A program made the position numbers and the translations under genes. This document shows positions 8,934-17,526 of a stretch of DNA of 64,000 nt, piece after piece (the stretch's first letter is position 1; every line of letters begins with the position of its first letter). The DNA comes from a candidate division WOR-3 bacterium (GTDB lineage: Bacteria; Hydrothermota; Hydrothermia; JBDRYB01): contig JBDRYB010000004.1 in NCBI GenBank assembly GCA_039803205.1, positions 64,001-128,000 on the forward strand. The letters run 5' to 3'. A model generated the notes under the pieces. It was not told the DNA's origin, searched no databases, and was given only the letters and a program-made list of their open reading frames with translations.

Positions 8934-10715
8934 CTGAACAAGGCTATTCTCCGCGAGCTCGTCCGTTCAGCGCCTTCCGCGCCTGGGGTCTATATCTTCA
9001 GGGACAGGAAGGGGGCCTACCTCTATGTGGGCAAAGCGAGGGATATTTCGGCTCGTCTCTCTTCGTATCTGAGCTCGGATGACCCAAAAACAAGAGCCAT
9101 GCTCGCGCGAGCGCACAGCCTTGAGTGGTTGGTAACGGGTTCTGAGGCCGAAGCCCTTTTCACGGAGTCTTCGCTCGTTAGGTTCCAGAAGCCTCCCTTC
9201 AACATAAGGCTGGCTGGCGGGGAGTATTATCCATACATAAAGATAACCGTTAAGGAGCCGTGGCCTCGGATATTTCCAACGAGGAAGCTCGTGGAGGATG
9301 GCTCGTTGTATTTTGGGCCTTATCCGGACGCGGCCGCGGCCCGCAGGACGATCCAGGCAATAAGGAGCCTTTTCCCAATAAGGCCATGCAATTATTCCCT
9401 CCCATCGGGGAAGGTGAAGCTTTGCATCTATTATCACATGGGAAGATGCCCGGGCCCGTGCGAGCTAGAGGTTGATCCGGCTCTCTATGCCAGCTACATA
9501 AAAGGAGCAGTTGATCTGCTTTCAGGGAGGGGCTCTGATGCTGAGCGAGAGATTGAATCCGCTATGACAAAAGCGGCCGAGGAGCTCAGGTTTGAGACGG
9601 CCGCGGCCCTGAGGGACAGGCTTCTCGCCCTCCGAAAGACGTTGGCTGCTCCAGCGGGTTTCGGGGAGGGGGGCGAGTCAAGGGACATCATCGTCCTCAG
9701 CTCAGCCGGGAACATCGCGGCAGTGGTGCTCTATGCTCTGAGAGAGGGCAGGCCAGGGGTTGAGGAGAGGTTTCTCATGGAGAGCCCCCGCGATACGGAA
9801 CCCCCTGAGATAATCTCCGCTTTTCTGAAGGACTACTACACATCGAGGCCCATAAACTCCGAAAGGCTCGTTTGCGTTCCCTTGCCGGATGAGCTTCCGC
9901 TCCTAGAGGAGGTCTTCTCTGAGAGGGCAGGCCGAAGGATAAGGATAACAAAGCCGGGGAGGAACGACAGGAGCTTCGTTGAGATAGCGGCCGCAGCGGC
10001 TGAGGAGCATCTGATGAGGGCTTTGGAGAAAGCGAGAAAGCCCGTGCACCAAGGGCTCAGGGAGCTCGCTGAGATCTTTGGGGCTGATAACCTGGAGCGG
10101 ATAGAGTGCTTTGACATATCGCACACATCGGGGAAAGAAACAGTGGCCTCATGCGTTGTCTTTTTGGGAGCAAGGCCAGCAAAGAGCCTTTACCGAAGGT
10201 TCAAGATAAGGACAGCCAGACCCTCTGACGATTACGGTGCCATGAAAGAGGTGATATACAGGAGGCTGAGGAGGCTCATTGATGAAAGGCAGGAGCTCCC
10301 CGATGCCATACTCATAGACGGGGGGCCGGGCCAGCTCAGCGCAGGGCTTGCGGCTATGGAAGAGCTTGGGCTGAGCATCCCAGCGGCCGCTCTCGCGAAG
10401 AGATACGAAGAGCTGTATCTACCAGATGGCGGCCAAATAATCCTTCCCGGGAGGTCAAAGGCCCTTATCCTTCTCAAGAGGATAAGGGATGAGGCGCACC
10501 GTTTCGCGGTCAGCTATCACAGGACCCTCCGTGGGAGGAGGGGAATGGGTTCGGTCCTGGATGGCCTTGAGGGCATAGGCCCGGAAAGAAAGAAAGCGCT
10601 CATGCGGTATTTTGGTTCGCTTGATAGGCTCCGGGGAGCGTCCCTTGAGGAGATCGAGAGGGTTCCGGGCATAGGGAAGAAGCTGGCGAGGGAGATATAC
10701 GAGTTCCTCAGGTGA
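8934..10715 (+). CDS. uvrC: Excinuclease ABC subunit C
   Basis: GIY-YIG (PGVYIF...YVGKA, in frame upstream of 9027), YFGPY, Cys cluster, UVR domain, IECFDISH, IDGG.GQ, RDEAHRFA, HhH; start inferred at CTG 8934. Confidence 0.93.
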   Translation: MNKAILRELVRSAPSAPGVYIFRDRKGAYLYVGKARDISARLSSYLSSDDPKTRAMLARAHSLEWLVTGSEAEALFTESSLVRFQKPPFNIRLAGGEYYPYIKITVKEPWPRIFPTRKLVEDGSLYFGPYPDAAAARRTIQAIRSLFPIRPCNYSLPSGKVKLCIYYHMGRCPGPCELEVDPALYASYIKGAVDLLSGRGSDAEREIESAMTKAAEELRFETAAALRDRLLALRKTLAAPAGFGEGGESRDIIVLSSAGNIAAVVLYALREGRPGVEERFLMESPRDTEPPEIISAFLKDYYTSRPINSERLVCVPLPDELPLLEEVFSERAGRRIRITKPGRNDRSFVEIAAAAAEEHLMRALEKARKPVHQGLRELAEIFGADNLERIECFDISHTSGKETVASCVVFLGARPAKSLYRRFKIRTARPSDDYGAMKEVIYRRLRRLIDERQELPDAILIDGGPGQLSAGLAAMEELGLSIPAAALAKRYEELYLPDGGQIILPGRSKALILLKRIRDEAHRFAVSYHRTLRGRRGMGSVLDGLEGIGPERKKALMRYFGSLDRLRGASLEEIERVPGIGKKLAREIYEFLR

Positions 10716-10718
10716 ACC

Positions 10719-11168
10719 CTATTCCTCCCAGGTGGTTATGGAGTGATAGAATATCTGGTCGTTGTCGTCCAGGCCTCGCTCTATTTCGGTGATGTGGGAT
10801 GTGGTTGCACCAAAGGCTGAGAGGACATACTTCACGGCCTCCATGGGTTTCGTGTGATTCCCGCATGTGTATATGTCAAGTGCCGCATAACGAACCTCAG
10901 GCCAGGTGTGAACGGAGAGGTGGGATTCGGATATGACCACAACGCCCGATACCCCATTCGGAGGGAACCTGTGGACGGATACCGCCCAAACCTGAGCGCC
11001 TGCCTTGTTAGCGGCCTCAAGAAGTATGCCCTGGACCTGATCAACCGAGCCAATAACCTCAGGGGAGCATCCGGAGCACTCCACCACATACTGTATACCA
11101 AGGGTGCCGTGTGGCCTTGACTCAGCAAATTGGCCCCTTTCAGGCTTATGACTGGGCTTCTTTGCCAA
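10719..11168 (-). CDS. speD: S-adenosylmethionine decarboxylase proenzyme
   Basis: GVSGVVVISESHLSVHTWPE, DIYTCG; TTG start after GGAGG. Confidence 0.93.
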   Translation of the reverse strand: MAKKPSHKPERGQFAESRPHGTLGIQYVVECSGCSPEVIGSVDQVQGILLEAANKAGAQVWAVSVHRFPPNGVSGVVVISESHLSVHTWPEVRYAALDIYTCGNHTKPMEAVKYVLSAFGATTSHITEIERGLDDNDQIFYHSITTWEE

Positions 11169-11709
11169 TTTCTCCTCCCTCCTCAATTGCCTTCTTGTGA
11201 GAAACCACGCTTCCCTTCTTTGAGACCTTGAGCAGTTTCACCGGGATTGCCTTACCCAGTATCCCGCGCGCCTCGCTCTCGGTTATGCTCGTGTGAGATG
11301 AGGGCAAAAAGGCCTTTATGCCCATTATATCAACGAGAAAGCCACCCCTCACGATGCTTCTCAGGGTAGCTTTTACCACACTGCCCTTGGCATGGGCTTC
11401 CCTGAGCGCTGAGAGGACTCTTTCAACCTCTCCTTTATCCCTTATGGGTTTCAGCTTTATCTCCTTGCTCACATAATCAGCAACGGTTATCCTGGCCTCT
11501 GTCTCGTGCCCTTCGGGTAGCTCGCGATCGTAGCAGTGTAGGAATCCAACAAGACCCCAAGGCAGTTCAACCATGTATCCACCCCTGACAGGCTTCATCA
11601 CTTGAACCTTGATTACCTTGCCCTGGTCCTTAGCCGCGAAAACCTCTCCCCATAACTGGGCTCTTCTCATTATGGACTCAGGGGAACGATTATCCGGTTT
11701 TGTAGCCAT
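11146..11709 (-). CDS. Two-domain S1 RNA-binding protein (RpsA N-terminal-like)
   Basis: Two S1 repeats (VRGGYMVELPWGLVGFL; VRGGFLVDIMGIKAFLPSSH...VVSHK); 187 aa. Confidence 0.75.
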   Translation of the reverse strand: MATKPDNRSPESIMRRAQLWGEVFAAKDQGKVIKVQVMKPVRGGYMVELPWGLVGFLHCYDRELPEGHETEARITVADYVSKEIKLKPIRDKGEVERVLSALREAHAKGSVVKATLRSIVRGGFLVDIMGIKAFLPSSHTSITESEARGILGKAIPVKLLKVSKKGSVVSHKKAIEEGGEIGKEAQS

Positions 11710-12932
11710 CAGAGTTCCTCCTCGTATTTGTTTATGAAGGCTCCCGCAACCGCAACCGCTCCCTCCCCAAGTGGGCAAAAGCACTTGCCCCTCATTCCTT
11801 CAATAACATGCCTTATCCTGTCCGGATTTCCGTTCTTGTGTCCCAGCTCTATCTCCCTGAAAAGCCTGGCGAGCCAGGTTGAACCTTCCCTACAAGGGGT
11901 GCACTTCCCGCAGGACTCGTGGGCGAGAAACTCAAGAGACCTCCTGGCAACTGAGGCCAGAGGAACGGCGTCGTTAACCACTATTACGGCTCCTGAACCG
12001 AGCAGGGAGCCTGCTCGTTGGATATCCTCATAGGTGAGCCTCACATCCAGCTCCTCAGGCCTAAGGATGGGGGTTGAAAGCCCTCCCGGTATCACCCCTA
12101 CCAGCTTCCCCTTCACCCCTCCAGCGTATTCATCAATGAGCTCGCGCAGGGTCAGGTCCCCGAACCTGAACTCGTAGACCCCCGGCCTCCTCACGCCGCC
12201 AGAGACAGTGAATATCTTGGTTCCAGTGCTGTCCTTTGTGCCCATGGCCCTATACCATTCCGGACCATTCTTGATTATAAACGGCACATTTGAAAGGGTT
12301 TCAACATTGTTGACGACGGTTGGCATGCCGTAGACCCCATATGAGACCGGATAGGGTGGCCTGAGCCGTGGATGGCCCCTCTTGCCTTCAAGGGATTCTA
12401 TCAGAGCGGTCTCCTCGCCGCAGATGTAGGCTCCGCCACCTCCGTAGACCTTAACCCTGAACGAGAAACCGGTTCCCATGATGTTCTCACCGAGAAACCC
12501 CTCCTTCTCGGCCTCGGCTATTGCCGCTCTCAGAATCCCCTGCGCCTTCGGATACTCTGCCCTGACATATATGAAGCCTTGGTGAGCCTCTATGGCCCTG
12601 GCCGCTATGAGCATCCCCTCCAGGAGGAGGTGCGGATACTTCTCCACTATCTCCCTGTCCTTGAATGTGCCAGGCTCGCCCTCGTCGCAGTTCGCGATAA
12701 CAAAGCGCGGCCTCGGATCATCCTTCGGAACGAAGTCCCACTTGAGTCCGGTCGGAAAGGCCGCTCCTCCTCTTCCTCTGAGGCCGGAGGCCTTGACCGC
12801 GTCAATTATCTCCTGGGGTTTCATGGAGAGAGCCTTCCTCGCGGCCTCGTATCCGCCGTGTTTGAGGTAGAAAGAGAGGCTTTCCGAGCCATCTGCTCCA
12901 GCGTGCTCAAGTATTATTCTGGTCTCAGGCAT
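11709..12932 (-). CDS. nuoF: NADH-quinone oxidoreductase subunit F
   Basis: GLRGRGGAAFPTGLKW, DEGEPGTFKDR, YICGEETAL, ESCGKCTPCREG. Confidence 0.95.
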   Translation of the reverse strand: MPETRIILEHAGADGSESLSFYLKHGGYEAARKALSMKPQEIIDAVKASGLRGRGGAAFPTGLKWDFVPKDDPRPRFVIANCDEGEPGTFKDREIVEKYPHLLLEGMLIAARAIEAHQGFIYVRAEYPKAQGILRAAIAEAEKEGFLGENIMGTGFSFRVKVYGGGGAYICGEETALIESLEGKRGHPRLRPPYPVSYGVYGMPTVVNNVETLSNVPFIIKNGPEWYRAMGTKDSTGTKIFTVSGGVRRPGVYEFRFGDLTLRELIDEYAGGVKGKLVGVIPGGLSTPILRPEELDVRLTYEDIQRAGSLLGSGAVIVVNDAVPLASVARRSLEFLAHESCGKCTPCREGSTWLARLFREIELGHKNGNPDRIRHVIEGMRGKCFCPLGEGAVAVAGAFINKYEEEL

Positions 12933-13407
12933 TCCCGACCTCCCTTCTCAACCCATCAAGCAGGTTTTTCAGCTTATCCCTCGTATCAAGGGGCCCTATT
13001 CTCTCGCCGTTGAGGAGGACGGCTGGGGCAAGGTCGCACGAGCCGATGCACTCAGCCTCCTCGTAGGAGAAAAGCCCATCCGGCGTCGTCTGGCCGGGTT
13101 CAACCCCGAGGAGCTCCTTCATCCATCCGAAGAGGTCATAAGCGCCGCAGATCATGCAGGAAAGGTTCGTGCAAACGAGGAAGTGGAACCTCCCGACGCT
13201 CTCGCGCTTTATGAGGTGATAAAAGGATGCCACAGCCTCAACATGCTCGGGCTTCGTGCCGAGCTCATCCGCTATGACGACCGCCACATCCCTGCTGAGG
13301 GCTCCGAAACGGGACACCGCCTCATGTATTGAGGGGATTAGAGCACTGTCGCCCATGGGGAACTCGGCCTTTAGCTCCCGTATCCTTTCTCTGAACCCGT
13401 TCATCAT
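12925..13407 (-). CDS. nuoE: NADH-quinone oxidoreductase subunit E
   Basis: VASFY, CTNLSC...ECIGSC 2Fe-2S motif. Confidence 0.93.
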   Translation of the reverse strand: MMNGFRERIRELKAEFPMGDSALIPSIHEAVSRFGALSRDVAVVIADELGTKPEHVEAVASFYHLIKRESVGRFHFLVCTNLSCMICGAYDLFGWMKELLGVEPGQTTPDGLFSYEEAECIGSCDLAPAVLLNGERIGPLDTRDKLKNLLDGLRREVGNA

Positions 13408-14612
13408 CTGTCCACCTCCCCGAGGACCACATCAAGGGTCCCTATTAGCGTTATCACATCAGCAATAAGCCCCCCAACAGCCATCTTCTCAAGGGTTTGT
13501 AGGTTTATGAAAGTTGATGCCCTTATGTGCATTCTGTAAGGCCTCTGAGACCCATCTGATACGATATAGAACCCTAGCTCGCCCTTTGGCGCTTCTATTG
13601 AGACATACACCTCTCCCTCCGGGACCGAAAACCCCTCTGAGACTATCTTGAAGTGGTGGATGAGGTTCTCTATGGAGTCGTAGACCCTATCCTTCGGGGG
13701 CGGAATAACCTTTGCCTCGTCCGCGATAACAGGCCCCTTTGGCAGTTGGGCCAAACATTGCTCGGCCATCTTGGCCGATTCCTCCATTTCCTCCATGCGG
13801 ACTAAATACCGGGCATAGCTATCCCCTTCGGTATAAACAGGAACCCGGAAATTCAGCCTGTCGTAAACCAGATACGGCTCATCCCTGCGCATGTCGTGGT
13901 CAAGCCCAGAACCCCTTGCGACCGGGCCGGTTGCTGAGAGAGCCAGAACATCATCCCTCGTTAGGATGCCAACCCCTTGGGTCCTCTTCTTCCAAATGAT
14001 GTTGTCCGTGAGCATGGTGTGCAGCTCTTGGAGGGCCTTTGTCCGGAAGTTAGCGAGGAAATCCGTGAGGCCCACGATGAACTCGTGGTTCAGGTCAGCC
14101 GCGACGCCGCCTATCCTCATGAAAGTGTTGTTCATGCGTTGGCCAGTGAGTATTTCAAGAAGATCGTATATCTTCTCGCGCTCGCGGAAGGCATAGAACC
14201 AAGCAGTCCAGGCTCCTAGGTCCATGCCGTGTGAGGCATACCAGACGAGGTGGCTCTCTATCCTCGTTAGTTCTGCCAGAAGGGTTCGTATATATTTGGC
14301 CCTCTCGGGAACCTCAAGACCGAGGAGCTTCTCAACCGCCATCACATAAGCTAGGTTGTTGGTTAGCGGAGCGAGGTAGTCAAGGCGGTCCGTGTATGGG
14401 ATTACCTGGTGATATGTCTTTTGTTCGGCTATCTTCTCGGTCCCCCTGTGGAGGTAGCCTGGGGTTATCCTGGCCTTCACGACGGTTTCGCCATCAAGCC
14501 AGAGCTTTATGCGCAGGACCCCGTGGGTTGCTGGGTGCTGGGGCCCCATGTTGAGCTCTATGACATCCGTTTCAACCCCAGCTGAATCCCTAAAAAGGAT
14601 CTCTTTTTCCAT
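13404..14612 (-). CDS. nuoD: NADH-quinone oxidoreductase subunit D
   Basis: NMGPQHPATHGVLR, GYLHRG, EAPKGELG, GEVDR; no NiFe CxxC motifs. Confidence 0.96.
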   Translation of the reverse strand: MEKEILFRDSAGVETDVIELNMGPQHPATHGVLRIKLWLDGETVVKARITPGYLHRGTEKIAEQKTYHQVIPYTDRLDYLAPLTNNLAYVMAVEKLLGLEVPERAKYIRTLLAELTRIESHLVWYASHGMDLGAWTAWFYAFREREKIYDLLEILTGQRMNNTFMRIGGVAADLNHEFIVGLTDFLANFRTKALQELHTMLTDNIIWKKRTQGVGILTRDDVLALSATGPVARGSGLDHDMRRDEPYLVYDRLNFRVPVYTEGDSYARYLVRMEEMEESAKMAEQCLAQLPKGPVIADEAKVIPPPKDRVYDSIENLIHHFKIVSEGFSVPEGEVYVSIEAPKGELGFYIVSDGSQRPYRMHIRASTFINLQTLEKMAVGGLIADVITLIGTLDVVLGEVDR

Positions 14613-14618
14613 ATCAAC

Positions 14619-15080
14619 CTACCTGTTATCCGGCAGGGGAACATCCTCCCGCCAGTTGAAGTCCTTTCTCAGCGGCCAACCCGGAAACCCATCCCAAAGC
14701 AGGATGTGCGTGAGCTCAGGGTTTCCCTTGAACTCTATTCCGAACATCTCCCAGGTCTCGCGCTCCATGAAGCCAGCGCCTAGCCATATATCAACCACGC
14801 TATTGACCGATCCTTCGCACGGACATTTGACCCTGAGACGCAGGTTTCTTGAGTATGAGTGAAGGTGATAGACCACCTCAAAGCGCGGCTCACGCCTTCC
14901 GAGCCAATCAACGGCGGTCAGATCTGTTAGCATCTCAAAGCCGCCGGAATCCCTGAGATAGAGCATGAGATCGTGAAGGGCCTCTGGTTTGACTATCAAT
15001 GTAGTCTCACCGAGCCTCGTGTAGGAATCCAAAACCGCATGACCAAACCTTTCCCTTATGGCGTTTATGAGCTCATCCAT
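14619..15080 (-). CDS. nuoC: NADH-quinone oxidoreductase subunit C
   Basis: DLTAVD, RFEVVYHL, ERETWEMFGI, PLRKDF. Confidence 0.95.
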   Translation of the reverse strand: MDELINAIRERFGHAVLDSYTRLGETTLIVKPEALHDLMLYLRDSGGFEMLTDLTAVDWLGRREPRFEVVYHLHSYSRNLRLRVKCPCEGSVNSVVDIWLGAGFMERETWEMFGIEFKGNPELTHILLWDGFPGWPLRKDFNWREDVPLPDNR

Positions 15081-15131
15081 TTTGACCTCCGTTCCCAGGC
15101 CACAGGGATAGGGAGTTCTTTATGATGAGTG

Positions 15132-15725
15132 CTATTTTATCCACGGATAAAGCCTCCCTTTCTCCTTGCGTATCTTCGCGGCAAGCTTGAGAAACCCGTA
15201 GAGAAGGGATTCCGGCCTCGGGGGACAGCCTGGGACATATACATCTATGGGGATTATCCAATCGGCTCCCTGGACAACAGCGAAGGAGTTATACATTCCT
15301 CCAGTTGAAGCGCATGCGCCCATGGCTATTGCCCATTTTGGCTGTGCCATTTGTTCCCAGAGCTGTCGGACAACGGGTGCCATCTTCTTGGTCAGGGTTC
15401 CAGCTATGACGATGAGATCTGATTGGCGAGGGGATGGCCTGAATACCTCGTATCCGAAACGGGCCATGTCAAACCTCGGGCCCCCTGTTGCCATCTGTTC
15501 AATAGCGCAACAAGCGAGGCCGAATGTCAGGGGGAACAAGGAATTTCCCCTTGCCCAGTTGACTATCCACTGGCTCATGCTTTCCACGGTAGTGAAAAGG
15601 ACTCGCTGTGCCAGCGTTCGTCTTATCGCCTCTTCCTCCTGGGGGCTCAGCCTGAGCCTTATCTCATCTAGCTCCAGGAGAAACCTCTCTCTGGCTTCCG
15701 TCGTAGGTCTTTCGCCTATTTCCAT
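15132..15725 (-). CDS. nuoB: NADH-quinone oxidoreductase subunit B
   Basis: [32 protein letters not shown]. Confidence 0.96.
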   Translation of the reverse strand: MEIGERPTTEARERFLLELDEIRLRLSPQEEEAIRRTLAQRVLFTTVESMSQWIVNWARGNSLFPLTFGLACCAIEQMATGGPRFDMARFGYEVFRPSPRQSDLIVIAGTLTKKMAPVVRQLWEQMAQPKWAIAMGACASTGGMYNSFAVVQGADWIIPIDVYVPGCPPRPESLLYGFLKLAAKIRKEKGRLYPWIK

Positions 15726-16069
15726 TCGAGTCCTCTCCTCCCCCACGCGTATATATATCCGAATACCAATATGCCCATGAAAACGAACGCTTCAATCAGG
15801 CCAAAAATCCCAAGTTTCTCGGCCTGCACAGCCCAAGGGAACAGGAGAACCGTCTCAACATCAAAAGCCAGAAAGAGAAGCGCCACGACGAAGAACCGGA
15901 CAGAGAACCTTATCCTAGGCGTTCCTACTGGCTTTATCCCGCACTCATAGGGTTCGTTCTTCTTCTCCTCTCGGATGGAGGGCCCGAGGAACATTGAAGC
16001 GATAACGCCCCCGAACCCTATGACCATTCCGAGTATGAGCATTATCAAAAGGGGTATCTTTGGATCCAT
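15716..16069 (-). CDS. nuoA: NADH-quinone oxidoreductase subunit A
   Basis: [20 protein letters not shown], 3 TM. Confidence 0.95.
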   Translation of the reverse strand: MDPKIPLLIMLILGMVIGFGGVIASMFLGPSIREEKKNEPYECGIKPVGTPRIRFSVRFFVVALLFLAFDVETVLLFPWAVQAEKLGIFGLIEAFVFMGILVFGYIYAWGRRGLEWK

Positions 16070-16615
16070 TTATGTTCCTCCAAAATCCTCCCACCTCAGG
16101 ATATACCAGAAACCCGTTTCCGGGTCCCTTTTCATGAAGAACCTGGCCCTTCCCTTTGCCACAGAAGCACCTCCCTCTGGTGGAGGCTCTATGACCAGGT
16201 AATACTCGCATATCCAGCACGAAGAGGAATCGTTCCCTTCTATCCTCCGGAGCTGGCTCAGGGTGAGATCAAGGCTCCCGCCCTCGCTCCCCTTTATGTA
16301 GTTAAACAGGGCCTCGGCGGAAAGCCGCTCCTCTGTCCTCCCCCAGACCAGGCTATCCAAGCCCCAATTCTCCTTTAACAATTCCCTTATGCCCTCCTCG
16401 CCGGGGTCAAAGTAGAACTTGAATGAGTCATCAAAACAAGCCATATAGCCCTCAAGATCCAGAGAAACATATGAGGTCTGGAGGTTCTGAAACACCACGG
16501 AGTCGCTGAGGGGAAGCGGATAGCCCGTTCCAGGCTCGGTATGTGGATTAAACGGATTCCAGCATCCTGCAGTGATGAGGGATGTGAATCCCAGGATTCG
16601 CCGGGGGCTAGGCAT
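16070..16615 (-). CDS. Putative lipoprotein (NTF2/SnoaL-like)
   Basis: Lipobox ITAGC followed by WNPF; Y..LD...Y..C..D.F.F; C-terminal WYILRWED. Confidence 0.55.
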   Translation of the reverse strand: MPSPRRILGFTSLITAGCWNPFNPHTEPGTGYPLPLSDSVVFQNLQTSYVSLDLEGYMACFDDSFKFYFDPGEEGIRELLKENWGLDSLVWGRTEERLSAEALFNYIKGSEGGSLDLTLSQLRRIEGNDSSSCWICEYYLVIEPPPEGGASVAKGRARFFMKRDPETGFWYILRWEDFGGT

Positions 16616-16860
16616 TAGACCACAGAGACATAGACCCTGCCCTTTCTGCGCTCAAACCTTACTGTGCCTTCTTTGAGAGCAAAAAGGGTGTCATCTCCGC
16701 CCCTGCGAACATTTGTCCCGGGGTAGATCCTGGTTCCCCTTTGCCGGACGAGAATCTGGCCAGGCCTCGCTATCTGGCCATCGCCCATTTTAACGCCCAA
16801 ACGCTTTCCTGGACTATCCCTTCCATTTCTCGTTGATCCCTGGCCTTTCTTGTGAGCCAT
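16615..16860 (-). CDS. rpmA: 50S ribosomal protein L27
   Basis: [22 protein letters not shown]. Confidence 0.98.
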   Translation of the reverse strand: MAHKKGQGSTRNGRDSPGKRLGVKMGDGQIARPGQILVRQRGTRIYPGTNVRRGGDDTLFALKEGTVRFERRKGRVYVSVV

Positions 16861-16927
16861 GGTAACCTCCTTGCCGGAGATACAAATGATAATCCAGGGC
16901 TACGCCCCGGATCAAGGCCTCGTATAG

Positions 16928-17487
16928 CTGAGATCTCACACTTTCCTCCCCTCTGAAACCCTTATCCTGCAAGACTCTCAAACCCTTGGGGCCGTAGTGG
17001 CCCAGGGAGGCCCTGAGGGATGAAAATATAATCCCGGCCCCAAGAAGGAAGGGCCGGGAAAGGAGAAAAAATATGACCCTTTCTCCACAAGTATCAAGCA
17101 AGCTGAAGCTATGGCTCAAGTCCATGGGGGCCAAAGAGGGTCTCGTCCTGGGCAAGGTGCGCATCTAGGCAATTGAGTATTCCCGCTCAAGCCTCGCATG
17201 GTGGGAGGCAAAATCCGAGGTCAAAAGGGCTTCCTCAGGGGATACATGGATGCGATAAACCTTGTGAGATACCTGCAAAGACATAGACAGCACGGATGAG
17301 GACTCTGAGAACAGGTTTCTGATGATAGCCAAGCCCCTACTCAAGAGGCTACTCATCATAGGGGACAGAAGATACGCTGACGGCAAGAGCTCACCAGGAA
17401 GATACGCTAAGTTCTTGTGCCCCAAGAACTACAGGCTATCCTAATTCAAACCTTGTTTTTGGAAGGTGGGGATATGTGAGATCTCAG
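16928..17487 (+). mobile_element. Degenerate IS remnant/MITE with terminal inverted repeats
   Basis: Perfect 13-bp IR CTGAGATCTCACA / TGTGAGATCTCAG with imperfect extension to about 30 bp; interior has broken ORFs including IIGDRRY. Confidence 0.6.
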
Positions 17488-17526
17488 GCAATTTCAAAAA
17501 CAGTCGCCTCCAGGTTGCTGTTGGTT

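Noticed and set aside
13404..15725. Group 4 NiFe hydrogenase
   Set aside because: The large subunit lacks both CxxC Ni-binding motifs and matches NuoD
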